Shown here piece by piece: positions 35,389 to 46,947 of a DNA stretch of 64,000 nt. A program made the translations under genes and the position numbers. The first letter of the stretch is position 1; the number at the start of each line of letters is the position of its first letter. The DNA lies in assembly GCA_004431415.1 (NCBI GenBank), contig QPMI01000062.1:372001-436000 (forward strand), given 5' to 3'. The notes beneath the pieces are model-generated. The model was not told the origin of the DNA. It made no database searches and saw nothing but the letters and a program-made list of their open reading frames with translations. This DNA comes from Cyanophora paradoxa CCMP329. Taxonomy: Eukaryota; Plantae; Glaucophyta.

Positions 35389-37474
35389 CTATTCGGCGGG
35401 GGCCGGGGCGTCGCCGGCGGCCTCCTTCTTGGACTCGGGGGCCTTCTTGTCGCCGTCGGCGTTGACGACGGCCCAGAACTCGGCCTCCGCCTCCTTCACC
35501 GCCGCGTCCGCCGCCGACTGGCCCGACTTGTGCTTCGCCCCGCCCTCGCCCCCGTCCTTCTTCGCCTTGAGGCGCATCTCCTTGGCGCGCGCCTCGAGGT
35601 TCTTCTCCCGCTTCGTCTCGCGCTCCAGCATCTGGTTGATCGCCTGCTTCTCGTTCGCCTGGGGCGTGCACAGCGAGTCGCACAGCTCGATCAGCGTGAC
35701 CGTCCCGTCCGTCGAGCCGGCCGCCACCAGCTTGCCCTGCTCCTGCACCCGCAGGCTCTGCAGGCCCAGGTGCTCGTCGCAGACCTGCCCCCGGTCGCTC
35801 AGCAAGGCGCCCGGCACGGGTCGGGGCGGGCGACGGCGTGCCTGGAGGACGAGCGTGGGGTCGTTCTGCTTGTAGGCGTAGTCCCAGATGTCGAGCGTGC
35901 CGTCCATCTTGGTCGTGAAGAAGACGCCCGGGCGCGTGGGCGACCAGCAGCCGTCCGTCAGGTACGCGTTCAGGTACCGTGTCGCCATGATCGGCGTCTT
36001 CAGGTCTTCCATCCATATCCGTGCAGTCCTGCAAGCAACGTCGGCGCGCGCACGCGGGCCGCGCGGGGCGGGCCCCGCCCGCACCAGTCGCCGATCGTCA
36101 TGAAGTACTTGGGGAAGAAGGGGTGCCGCTCCAGCGCGTAGATGGGGCCGTGGTGCCCCGTGTAGATCGCACCGATCCTGTCCTGCGGCGTCTTCGACTT
36201 CCTGCGCGGCGGCCGTCAGGGGGCGGCGGGCGGAAGGGGCGGCGGGCGCGCGCGGGCCTGTTGCAGGAGAGGACGAGGCCCTGCTCCGTGCCGACCATGA
36301 ACTTGGTCGGGCCTCCCGCCACGTCGTACAGCAGGCTGACACCGCCGAGCACGACGCCGTCGCCCTGGGAGTGCCCCGCGTCACGAGGCGGCGGCGCCGG
36401 ATGCAGCGGTGGAGAGCGCGGACCTTCAGGTCCAGCGACATCGATTCTGTGGGCTCGCCGAGCTTGCGGATGTCCCACCAGAACACCTGGCCATCTGGGC
36501 AGGCGCGAAAAGGAAGGATAAGGGCCAGAAAGGGGCGGAGCTGACGAGCAAGACCGTACCTGTAGAGATCGATGTGCACTCCGTGCCTGTCTTGCTTTGC
36601 AGCCACGCGATGTCGTACACGGGGTCGCGGTGGCTCTTCTCGATGGGGCTTGTGTCGACGGGGGTGTTGCCGCGCCGCAGATCCCAGTACGCTACTAGTC
36701 CGTTGTAAGAGCCGCCGACGAGGATGTTCCCATCCTTTGGCGAGAACTCCAGGCAGCAGAGAGGGGAGGAAGGGACGATTTCGGTCTGGGGGTAGTTGGG
36801 GTTGTTCACATCCCACACGTAAGAGTTGGGCGACATGCCCTCCGGCGCTTGCTGGAACTGCATGACGCTGTATGCGATTGCCACGCGCTTCGGGCCGTCC
36901 CTGCGACGCGACAAAGCGTTAGCTAAAGGGCGCAGCGCCCCAGCGCCGGGCGGGCCGCGCACCAGGAAATCCACACCGCAGAGCGCTTTGTCTGGCACGG
37001 ATCGCGGAACACTGTGAGCGTGCGAGCCGAGGGCGGCTCGGAGGAAAGGTCTGGCCGAGGCATGGAGAAGTACTCCTGGTAGATGTCGATGGTCACGTTC
37101 TGCTTGATGCCGTACTCGATCACATCCGAAAGCGAGTTGAGCGACCGAATGAAGTCCTCGTCCTTCTGGACCTTCTTCCGGTAGCGCTCGCACTGCTCCG
37201 GCTCGCCCGCGTCGATCTCCTTAGGCCAGCCTCCCTCTCTGTGGTGCATGCCGGTGCTCGTGAATTCGAAGCGCTCGGTGTTGACCTCGTGCTCAGAGTA
37301 CTCCGGCACGGCTTGAATGTCGCACGCCGAGGGGTTCTTCACCACGTAGTCCTCATCGAGCTCCTTCGATGGCATGATGGACTCCAGGATCTCTGCCTGT
37401 TTGTCCTTGAAGACAGCGTGCCGCCCGAACTGCTTACGCTGCTTCGTGTACAGGAAATTCACCTCCATATTCAT
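35389..37474 (-). CDS. DNAI2: Axonemal outer-arm dynein intermediate chain 2 (IC2/IC69/ODA6-like), WD40 repeats
   Basis: MEVNFLYTKQRKQFGR, SEHEVNTER, GMHHREGGWPKEID, YRKKVQKDEDF, IKQNVTIDIYQEYF, SHRDPVYD, FWWDIRKL, WSPTRPGVFFTTKMDGTLDIWDY, ERETKREKNLE. Confidence 0.95.
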
Positions 37475-37639
37475 CGTGGCTGGGCTTGCTGGGCGCTGGC
37501 GCGCTCCTAGCGCTAAGCGCTGGCCTGCGGAGGTCTAGCTACGCCCGAGGAGCCCGCTGAACGCCCTTCCTATTCTGGCTTTCGCGCGGCGTGTGTACCC
37601 CGCCAGCCCCGCTTCCCCCGTAGTTGACACGACCGACAA

Positions 37640-39361
37640 ATGGGCTCGCCCGTGAGCGGCATCGACCGCTCGATGTACCGGAGCCCATCAGCATTTGATG
37701 ACGAGTACCGGCTGCGCAAAGTTGACGTGCGCCGGCCGCGCGGCCCCGACGTCAAGCCGCGCAGCTAACGCTAGGGCGGCACAGAATACGAAGAGTATGG
37801 AGATGGCGGAGATTATGGCCGACGAGCGCTCGGTCTCCCTGCTGAGGTCGCAGTTGACCCAGGTTTGCCGCCAGCTGGCCGCCTTCCAACGGCGCTGACC
37901 CGCCACCCGCCAGGTGAAGACGATCAAGTACGAGAACGAGCGCAAGGTTCGTTTCCTCCCGTTTGCACTCGCCTGGCCGCTCACGGACGGTGCGCAGGAC
38001 GAGAGTACGTCGCCTGGATTGGCCGTTTGATGCGCACACCTCCGGTTCGGTTCGCACTGACGCGTAAGCTCGTATTCGTAGTCATCGCTTCGCTGCGGAA
38101 TCAGGTTCGCGCCCCTTGAATTTTCTAGCTAGAAATGGGTGATGGGCTGCCCCCCTTCAGTATGGGGGGCGCTTACCAAGCAGAGAGTCTATCTCCAATC
38201 TAAACTATTGTTTTCGTTTCCGTTCGCCTTTGTGCCGCCTGTCCTTGGCGCTCAGCTGATTTTCGCGGTACAGGTTTCGGACCTGCTGCGCTACAAGGAG
38301 CAGACCCAGTCCTTGAAGCTCCGCATCGACACGCTCGAGGAGCGGCTTAAAATCCGCGAGGCAGAGGCCACCCAGGCGAACCGTGCGCCCGGCCTCGGTC
38401 CCCCGGGTCGCCCTGCGCGGCTTATGCCGCGCAGTGGAGCTCCGGCGGGAGCTGAAGAACCAGGAGCACGCAATGAAAACGCTGCGGGAGCAGCTCATCG
38501 AAACCGAGAAGGCGTACGCATCGCGGGGCGCCGGCGGGACGGCCCGGCGCCTGACGGCCGGCGGGGCAGGCGGCTGGAGGCGGCGCGGAAGCACGCGGCG
38601 CAGCTGCTGGACGTCGAGAGCGGCAAGAAGGCGCTGCACCACGAGGTCGACGTGGCGCAGGGGAAGCTGCAGGCGGCCAACGCGGAGATCGACGCCCTGC
38701 GGCACAAGTCCCGCACCCTCGAGGTCCGCCGCCGCGGCTCGCCCCTCCCGCCGGACCCTCTGAGGTGAGCCCTGGGCGGCGCAGCTGACGCTGGAGGAGG
38801 CGCGGAAGCTGGCGGGGGCGATCGAGGGCCAGCTCGGCGACGAGCGGCGGCGCCTGCACGACGAGGCGGACCGCAACCGCGTCCTGGAGCTTGAGGCGAA
38901 GAAGCGGGAGCGGGAGGCGCAGACCGCCGAGGAGACCATCCGCGCCCTCACCGACGTGCGCCGCCCCGCGGGCGCGGGGCCGCTCCCTCGCCGCCGGCCC
39001 GGGGGCGCTGAGGGGCGGCGGCCGGCAGGCGCACCGGGCGGCGGCGGAGCGGACGCTGGAGCTGGAGCGGCTGCTGTTCGAGGCGCGGCGGGAGGCGTCG
39101 GAGTACCGGGTGAAGCTGCAGGGGGCGGAGATGGAGCTGGGCAACGTGCTGGACGACCGGCAGCGCTCGGCGCGGCAGCGCCTCGAGGTCCTCTCCCTCC
39201 GCCAGCAGGCCGAGGAGGACCTCCGCCACGCCCTCGAGGCGCCCCTCTCGTGCGCCCCCGCCGCGCCGGCGCCGCCCCGGCCCCCTCTCTCCCCGCCTCA
39301 CGCCCCCCGCAGCTACCGCTCCGCCTACGCCGCCACCTCCCCGTACCGCGCCCGCAAGTGA
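37640..39361 (+). CDS. Uncharacterised long coiled-coil protein, multi-exon
   Basis: Spliced product ..KYENERK/DEI/IASLRNQ/VSDLLRYKEQTQSLKLRIDTLEERLK..ELRRELKNQE..LELERLLFEARREASEYRVKLQ../YRSAYAATSPYRARK*, rich in heptad E/R/K/L. Confidence 0.75.
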
Positions 39362-39460
39362 CCGCGCGCGACATAACTATCAGTTATCGTTATTCTTTAC
39401 AGGAGCGAGGAGCGCGAGGGGCGGGCGGGGTGGAGGGGAGAGGGGGGCGCGGGCGGCGTC

Positions 39461-40905
39461 TCATACGGCGACGGGGCGGACGAGGCCGGCCTCGAGGTCG
39501 GGGGTGCCCGCCCCCGCGCTGCCGCCGGGGCCCCGGCCAACGAGGATGCTCGGCGCCTTTTCCCGAGGGCTGCCGGGCGGGGTGGGCGCCCGGGGGCCGC
39601 GGGAGAGGGGCCGGACGAGGGACCTCAGCGCGGGGGCGGCGTGGTGGCGGAAAAAGTAGAGGGCGATGGCGGCTCCCAGGGCCGCCCCGCACAGGATGTC
39701 CGTCATCCCGTGCTTCGCGTCCCGTCTGCCGGCCCGTCAGGCCGAGGAGAGGGGCGCGGGGGCGGCTTGGGGCGCGCAGTCGGCTCGCGGCGACGAAGCC
39801 CGCCAGCGCCTGGGGCGCTAGAATAAGGAAGGACCGCCACGCGTCGGCGAAGGGGTGCCACTGCGGCGGGCCGAGTCAGCGAGGCCGGGGCCTTGGAGCT
39901 CGAGCGCCGCGGCGCGGACGGCCGGCCGGTGGCAGACCTCCTCGCCGTCGGCCGCGGGGGCGTGGGGCGCGTGGACGGCGTGTAGGAAGAGCGACAGGAA
40001 CGTCGCCGCGCTGAAGGCGAAGGAGGCGTGCCCCGACCTGCCCCCGCACGGCCGGACGCCGCGTCAATCGTAGACCACAGAGGTGTGCTGGCCATGGGCG
40101 GGGGCGCACGGCCACGACCTCCGCCCCTCGGCGAGGAGGTTCGCGTCCCCCCCGCACTGTCCCGTACTGCAAAGCAAACAGTCAAGAGAAGGGGCGGGGG
40201 GGGCTTCACAGGGCCTCACTTGTGCGCCCCAGCAGGGTCGGCAGGCGCGCCAGGGCTGAGGCGGCATCTCCCAAGCCAGTCTGCAGTGGATGAGAAAACA
40301 TCTCAAAAAAAAGCGTTAATATGTCGTGGCACCTGGCCTGATCTGGCCCGCTGTGTTCTGGAGAGACGAAGTGAGATTAGCTAGGGGCCATGCGGCGCAA
40401 GCGGCGCTGCCCGGCCTAACCTTCAGCAACTCCGTCATAAAAAGATTCCAGACGATAGTCAACGCATAGGCAAAAAGAAGTACGTAGAGCACGCGCGGCC
40501 CCGACCCCGGCCGCGCACTGTTCAATGCGCGCTGGGTCGGCCGCGCACGCATGCAAGCCGTGAGCCGCCCCCGTACGCATGCCGCAGCTGTAATATAAGC
40601 GCGTACCACGTATATGAGAAAGACGAGCGGCGGCCCGAGGCCGGCTCCGACTATAAGCGCCCAGTTCGGCACGGTGTCGTCGCTCAGGGTCTCGACGGAG
40701 AAGTCGCCCTGCCTACGGCCGCGGGCGCACGCTTGGTCAGATAGATGCACCTCCGTGTATATGAGCGCGCGCTGGGCGCCGCATCGCACCGGAACTCGCG
40801 TGTGGGGAAGGAGACGAGCCGAAGGGGGACGGTGACCGAGGCGACGCCGGCGGCGACGATCCATGCGAGCGCATGCTTAATCCATTTGTTCCTCGTCTCG
40901 TCCAT
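39461..40905 (-). CDS. PAP2-family lipid phosphate phosphatase
   Basis: All three PAP2 motifs appear after splicing: K/NTAGQIRP (KxxxxxxRP), SWP/SGH, and SRLR/DGKHGMTD; several TM segments. Confidence 0.9.
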
Positions 40906-41225
40906 CGCTGTAACAAACCCCCAGCTGCAGCGAGCTGTCAGGCTGGGATCTCGGAGCGCGCTGAGCTCGCGGAGGCTCTACCCCCGACTAAATTGTCCCC
41001 CCGAGTGAAGACCTACGTACCCAGCGCGCGTCACGGCTGACACGGCGCGGGCTTGAAGGGGCAAGACGGGCCGAGGCCCGAGGCGCGAGGCTCAGCAGCT
41101 TCGGTGTGTGTCACGGCTCCGCTCACCGCATAGACCGTAGGTTTTGAGCCCGAGCTCGCGTGCGCAGAAGCGCTACGGGCGCGATCTTGCTCGGCGAGCA
41201 CTGGCGTAGCTAGCGAGGCCTCGAG

Positions 41226-42968
41226 ATGGTGCAGCAAGCATTTTCAGCGTGTGCTGCCGTGCTTGTGAGGGCGCCGTTCGTCCCAGCTGCTAGCACTCTG
41301 CAGCTGCGTCACAGGAGATCGCCACCTAAGCTCGGCACAGGGGCGCGCGCCGGTCAGCGAGCGCATCCGAAATGCTTTGCAACCGCACGTACGCGCGCTT
41401 TCTTCGTAAGCGGCCGCCCTTCTATGTCGGAGGGTCAGGACTCCGGCCGCGGCCAGCTTCAGCTTGAAGTTCCGGGCCAGCGGGAGATGTCCCTGCCAAG
41501 AAACCATGTGCATGTTTTTGTCGAGATGGAGAGCTTGGCGGGGCACGGGGGAGGAGGCGTCGGAGGAAGAGGCAGGAAGACGCGTACGGCGCTCGGCGGC
41601 GAAGACGGCTACTCGGACGAAGAGTTCGCCAATGAGAGGGACATGCAGGCATTTGAGAAGGCGCCGCTCGTCCAGAGCCAGGTCGCTGCCCTCTCCATGC
41701 CCAGCGCGGTTGAAGGTGTGTCGTAATTTTCACCTTGGTGCTTTCGTCTTCTCATCTCACTGCATTCCATTGCGAATTCGAATACAGTCTATCACGGACT
41801 CCTTTCAAGCTACCCGCTCGAGACAAGAGCGATAACAGCTGCTGTGCGCCTCGGATCCGCCCACTTCCTTGTTTCAAGTTTCTGAACCCCGTGCAGCTTT
41901 TTGGGGGCCTTGCCGATATTTTGAGCCAGATCGGAAGTGCCTGCTTGAGGAGAAAATCGCTGGTGCTGAAGTATGGCAGAGTGCTCAGACTGGCCGCGTG
42001 CTGTTTTTTCTTGAATGGCGTCGTGCGCATTCTCAAACGTCGATCGTGCTCTTAGCATTTAATCGCTACTGCTGACGCGTACTGGTGGCCGTGCTGATAC
42101 AGTGCAATCACATGTGGTGAAAAGCTTTTGGTTCTCACCTGTCCCTTCCCAGCTCATCTCTAAGGTTTTTCTTTATTCGCAGGTACAGCTACTTGGATGG
42201 GAGTATTCCTGGGAACGGTGTTCCTGATGTGCTGAAAAAGGTGTGACTGCCTTTCGCTCATGACATTCGCGGATAGACTGCGCTGACTGATGCCTGGTAG
42301 GTCGCACTGGATGAATTCGTGTACAGGTTCCTTTCCCGCCCCCATGCCCGGTCCTGAAAACTGAGTCGACCTCGGGTCGCAGCCTTTATTCGGACTCTGC
42401 TTTTTTCGTCGTGATAGGCACGCTTTTTTTGTAAATGATAAAGCACTTCAAAGCGCCAGCTAACCACGCTATCAGGAATGCTAGAGCAACGCAGTTGGGA
42501 GCACACAATTCGGGTGAGCCCCTCCAGCCTGTGCATGCACTTGGAACTGGCTGTTCATTCTGAGTTGTTGTGCAGCGGTTACAACAGGAGTTCATCCCTA
42601 CGTATCTCGCCGACCTTAGCATCTGGGTGCTTTAGTCATTATTTTCATGCCATGATGCTGTTGATTACGATTACGATTACGGAATTCGCACCGTGTGCAG
42701 CCTGCTGCGCAAATCATCAACTTCCGGTGGATTATCCATGCTTGAGCTTGATCAAAGATATTGTATTCTGATGATGATTCTTATGCAGATTTGTTCCGGC
42801 CCTGTATCGCGTGTTTTATATGAATGTGGTGTCCTTGATGTGGACGTGCTACCTGGCAGGTGTGTGGGGTTTTGTGTCAGCTGAATCGACGCGAGTCTTG
42901 ATGTTTTATGTTGATCAGGGCAAGCACAAAAGGAGGTCCAGCCACGCAGAATCAAGGTCAAGGACTGA
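41226..42968 (+). CDS. Mpv17/PMP22 family membrane protein with N-terminal organellar extension (about 10 exons)
   Basis: YHGLLSSYPLETRAITAA/LFGGLADILSQ..NGV/CNHMW/YSYLDGSIPG..VLKK/VALDEFVY..IW/PAAQIINFR/FVPALYRVFYMNVVSLMWTCYL matches the Mpv17 signature (WP..Q.INF..VP...RV). Confidence 0.88.
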
Positions 42969-43077
42969 AGCCTCCAGCAGCTGAGTTCCTTGGTCAGATG
43001 TACAGCCATCATTGCAGTCCGACGGTCGGATGCATGCAACTTTTTCAAAGAATCTATTTCAGGTAGAGCTATCTATT

Positions 43078-44456
43078 GGGGAAGGGAAAATCACTTCCCC
43101 TGTCCCTCTCCTTAGGGCCCAACCCTACCCCAAATCCTGTTTCCCCGACCTCCTCAAAACCCGGGCCGCGCGGTATATCCTGAAAGCACATCCCAAGGGG
43201 ACCCCGAAACCATGTCGCCCGGTCCCGTCCGACCAAAGGGTGATCCAGGAACGGGCACCAACTCCCGGGACAAAAACGGGTCCAGCGACGCATAGGGAGC
43301 AGATATACGAGCCAAACCAGTTCGAGGTCGTTGCACGCATCATGAACAACATTCCGTACAGCGGGAGCAAGGCCGGATGCGAGCGCGGTTGCGTGGGAGG
43401 ACGCCGCGCGCCCTAGCCAATCACATTGGAGAGTCAGTTAACTTACCCTGAGGAAAGTCTTTTCGCGGACCCCCCCGGCCGCTTTCTCCCTCCCGCTACA
43501 CCGCCCTGGCCAGCGCTTTCTCCTAAGCTTCCCGACAGCCCGGCCGGCCGCGGCGCTCTCTGTCACGCGCGCCTCTCGCGCGCGCGGCAGTCTGCTGTAG
43601 CTAGCCGCGCCATGAACGCCACAGCCGCTCCAACCGCACGCACCCCGGTCGCAAGCCGGCCACAAGCCGGTCGCACTAGCTTGCGCCTTGGGGTCGCATC
43701 AGGTTTGCCCGCGGCGCGCCAGCTGCGCAGGAGCCCGAGGCCATGTCCGCGCCGCGCAATGCCCCGGGCCCGCGCGCGGCCGCGCGCCGGGCGCCCGGCC
43801 GGCGCGGCAGTACGAGCTCGCGCGCGCGCGACGGCCGCGGGGCAATTGCAAGCGCATGCGCAGGTTGCGAACGTCTAGATCTGGCCATGGCCAGCAGCGC
43901 GCCTCGAGCTCCGATCCGATCGATCCGATATCGATCATGCGCACTCGCAACACACGCACATGCCTACCTTCATGCACGGTGCGCTCGCAGCTACGCAGCG
44001 CCCCTTGGTACCAGTCTTTGCCCGCTCAGTTGCATTATCTCGCCCTAGGCCCTCCGGTCCATTCGGCGTGTCCCGCAATCGCGCGCGTGACGTCGACGGC
44101 CTCGCGCGCGCGCGTGACGGGGCATGCGCAAGCGCAGGAGCAGACATGTACATCCACAAGGTTTGCGAGCCATCCCCGGCCCACTGCGCCGCGTCCAACC
44201 TCTTCTAGCCTCCTCTTTCGAATTTTATATTTAGCCTCGAAAACAGCTCGCCTGCAGCTGGCGCCGGCCTGGCGTCGGATGGCCGCGGCCACCGCCTTCA
44301 AGGCTTCTAGATCTGGACCGGAGCCTCGGAGCGCTAGCTCTGCTTTTCTTCCATTTGAATGGACGCAGCGGTCCTTCAAGTTTGCTCCTTTTCCTGCTCT
44401 CTAGATCTCCGGATTCAAGCCATCGCCCCAAATTCGCGAGTGACTTTCCCTTCCCC
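43078..44456. mobile_element. Possible degenerate TIR element or paired transposon ends
   Basis: 18-bp inverted repeat with 1 mismatch: GGGGAAGGGAAAATCACT (43078-43095) and AGTGACTTTCCCTTCCCC (44439-44456). No TSD or transposase seen. Confidence 0.4.
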
Positions 44457-45794
44457 GGACCCCGCAGTGGCGTGCACGAGCACGACCCCTTCCGAGCGCG
44501 CGCCGCAGCGGGCCCTTTATATATATGTATCTATGTTCGTCGTCTTTAATTTTTCAGAGATGTGTAGACTTCCGAAGTTCTTCCTCGTGATTCCCGATAC
44601 CGTGATTCCCGATACCGTGACTTGTATCCTCGTTGTGTACTACGAGTGGGTACGCCCACCGTAGATCTTAAAAAAAAATGTAGACTTCTTTTCAAATCTG
44701 AGTCTAGTTCATTGGACACACATCGCAACTTGGCAACACTGCCGCGTCTGATTGACTTGTCATTGAACACAATCTCTTATACGGCATTTGCATGTGCAGC
44801 CGTATGACTTCTTTGAACAAATTTGCAAATACTATGATACATATGCCCAAGCCCGGCAGGGCGGGAGAATATAGCCCAGCGATTGGGCGGGAGAAGACAA
44901 AGCCCGAGGAGCCCAGCCAGCGTAGCCGAGGACGCGCTAGTCGGAGGATAGAGCAGCTCAGAGAACCTCAGGGAAGCACGGACACATGTGCAGGGGAGGT
45001 CGCCCGGGGGCACGAGCTCGCCAAGCTCGCCCTGCCGTGCGATCCGGTCCCGCATCTCATCCACCTGCGGGCCGCCCCGCCCGGTCAGCTGCAGAAGCGG
45101 AGGCCGAGGGGCGGAGGGGCGGAGGTAAGGTCGAAGCGGCGCTTAGACGAACATACGGCCCGCGCGTGCCTATCCATCAGTCCCGCAACCCTAGGGACGC
45201 GACTTTTTGCATGCGGCTATGGTGTCGTCAAAGTAGGCGATGGCACCACGCCGCGCGTTCTCTGATCCCTCTGCGAAGTGAATCGCCCCGGCCGGTCAGG
45301 CCAGCGCTAGTTCCAGGCCAGGTCGCGCTCGCAGCTCCAGGACTCCAGCTCCAGAGCTTCATTGAGGTAGATGTGACGATCTGGGCGTGCTTAAGCAGCT
45401 CGAGCGCGGGGGCCGCTGAACGCGGCGGCGCTGCATCAACGCGCTGAAGACCCCTCCGCGTCCTTGGAGCAGTAATAGTACGTCGATCACAAAGCTTGGC
45501 GCCGTAGCCGATGCGGGCGCCTGCAGCTCGTTTCCGATCGCAACCGGCCGGTCCTGAGCGCTCAGGGGGCGCTTTTCAAGAGGCTGTTGCTCGCACCGGC
45601 ACGCTGTTGAAGCTTAAGCCGCAGTTCAAGCCGCTCTTTTCAAGCGGCTGTTCAGCCGCTGTTGGTGGACCGGGGTAGAGCTCACTTCCTGCGTGAGTCT
45701 CCAGCCAAGCCCTCCTTTTCCCATAGCCTTTAACCTGGTGCGTAGGCGTTGTATGTTCTCTCACGCTCGCATCGAACACCTTCCGCAGTGCAAA

Positions 45795-46313
45795 ATGCTC
45801 TCTGGAGCACGGCGCAGCATTGCGCAGATCTGCAGGAATTTCGTGCGAGGCGCGCTGTGCGCTTCCCATTCCTCTACCTGGCTCATTATACAAGCAGGCG
45901 TGAGCTCGTCAACGGGGGGCGCAGCGAATGGCGGCTCCGACTCTTCCGTATCCAAGAGCGCCCTCAGCTTCGTGGATCCTAAATTCGTCGGCTCTCTGGT
46001 TCTTCTTTGGCTCGGTGCCGTGGGTGACCGGCTCTTCTTGGCGCGTGGGCTTCTGGATACGAAGCGCGACAAGGAAGTCGAGAACATCGCGGAGTCCCTG
46101 AAGGATCTGGACGCAAAGCGCGGCAAGGACGTCGAGAGCATCACGGGGTCCATGAAAGAGCTCGGCTTTGCGATCAATAAGCAGTCGGAGCGCATCGACC
46201 GCATCTTCGAGCTGCTCCTGCGCGGCGGCGGCGGCGGCGGTGGCGGCGGCGATGGCGATGGCGGCGGCGTCGGCGGACCATCTCGCAAGGACAGCGGCGG
46301 CGGCCGGACCTAA
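45795..46313 (+). CDS. Small protein: mitochondrial-like presequence, one TM, internal 18-aa duplicated coiled coil, Gly-rich tail
   Basis: MLSGARRSIAQICRNFVRG..; FVGSLVLLWLGAVG; LDTKRDKEVENIAESLKD / LDAKRGKDVESITGSMKE; RIDRIFELLL. Confidence 0.55.
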   Translation: MLSGARRSIAQICRNFVRGALCASHSSTWLIIQAGVSSSTGGAANGGSDSSVSKSALSFVDPKFVGSLVLLWLGAVGDRLFLARGLLDTKRDKEVENIAESLKDLDAKRGKDVESITGSMKELGFAINKQSERIDRIFELLLRGGGGGGGGGDGDGGGVGGPSRKDSGGGRT

Positions 46314-46947
46314 CATCCTTCTCCTCTACCCCAGTGCGAATCTCGATAATTGGTGCTTGTATTTCATCCTTTTTCGAACGTAACGAATGAATTGCAGCCA
46401 CTTCTGACTGCCAACATCTGAATTACAGACTTCCACTCTCCTTCTGGAGTTCGGCAGTCACCCTCCCCTTCACTACCCTGCCTCCGGCTATCGCTCCGAA
46501 TCTAATCATCGAGCACGCTGCTGTTTTCTGCCCCGATATAAATAGTTAAAGTAGAAAGAGTTGGTCACTGAGTGTCCTCGTCCATGGGGATGCCCTGCAA
46601 AAATAACCAGCATCTGGCCATGGGCCACTGGGAGCCGCCGGCTTCGAGTCTTGCCCCCCTGCTGGCAGTCGGGGCCGGGGCCTGGGCTGCGCCGCTTTTA
46701 ATTTGCGACTCGGCCTCGGAGAGGAGGGCAGGGGCAGGGGGGCAGATCCGGAAGCGGGGGAGGCCTCGGGGAAGAGGGAGGGAGGGAGGGGGGGCATGAT
46801 TTTCAAGTTTTCTGCCGGAGTATAGATCTGCATCTGCAAGGCCCTGATCGGATCGTGAGGTCCAACTCCAATACGTCACGGCGTATACAAACATGTGGCG
46901 GTGAGGTGCCATGCATATGGCGCAGGTGCCATGCATATGGCGCCGGG

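Noticed and set aside
44980-45460. Possible spliced gene fragment on the minus strand (ctgac..ccgcag|VDEMRDRIARQGELGELVPPGDLPC; GAIAYFDDTIAACK)
   Set aside because: I could not assemble a coherent ORF or recognise a family. It may be a decayed gene or TE, but support is too weak to call.
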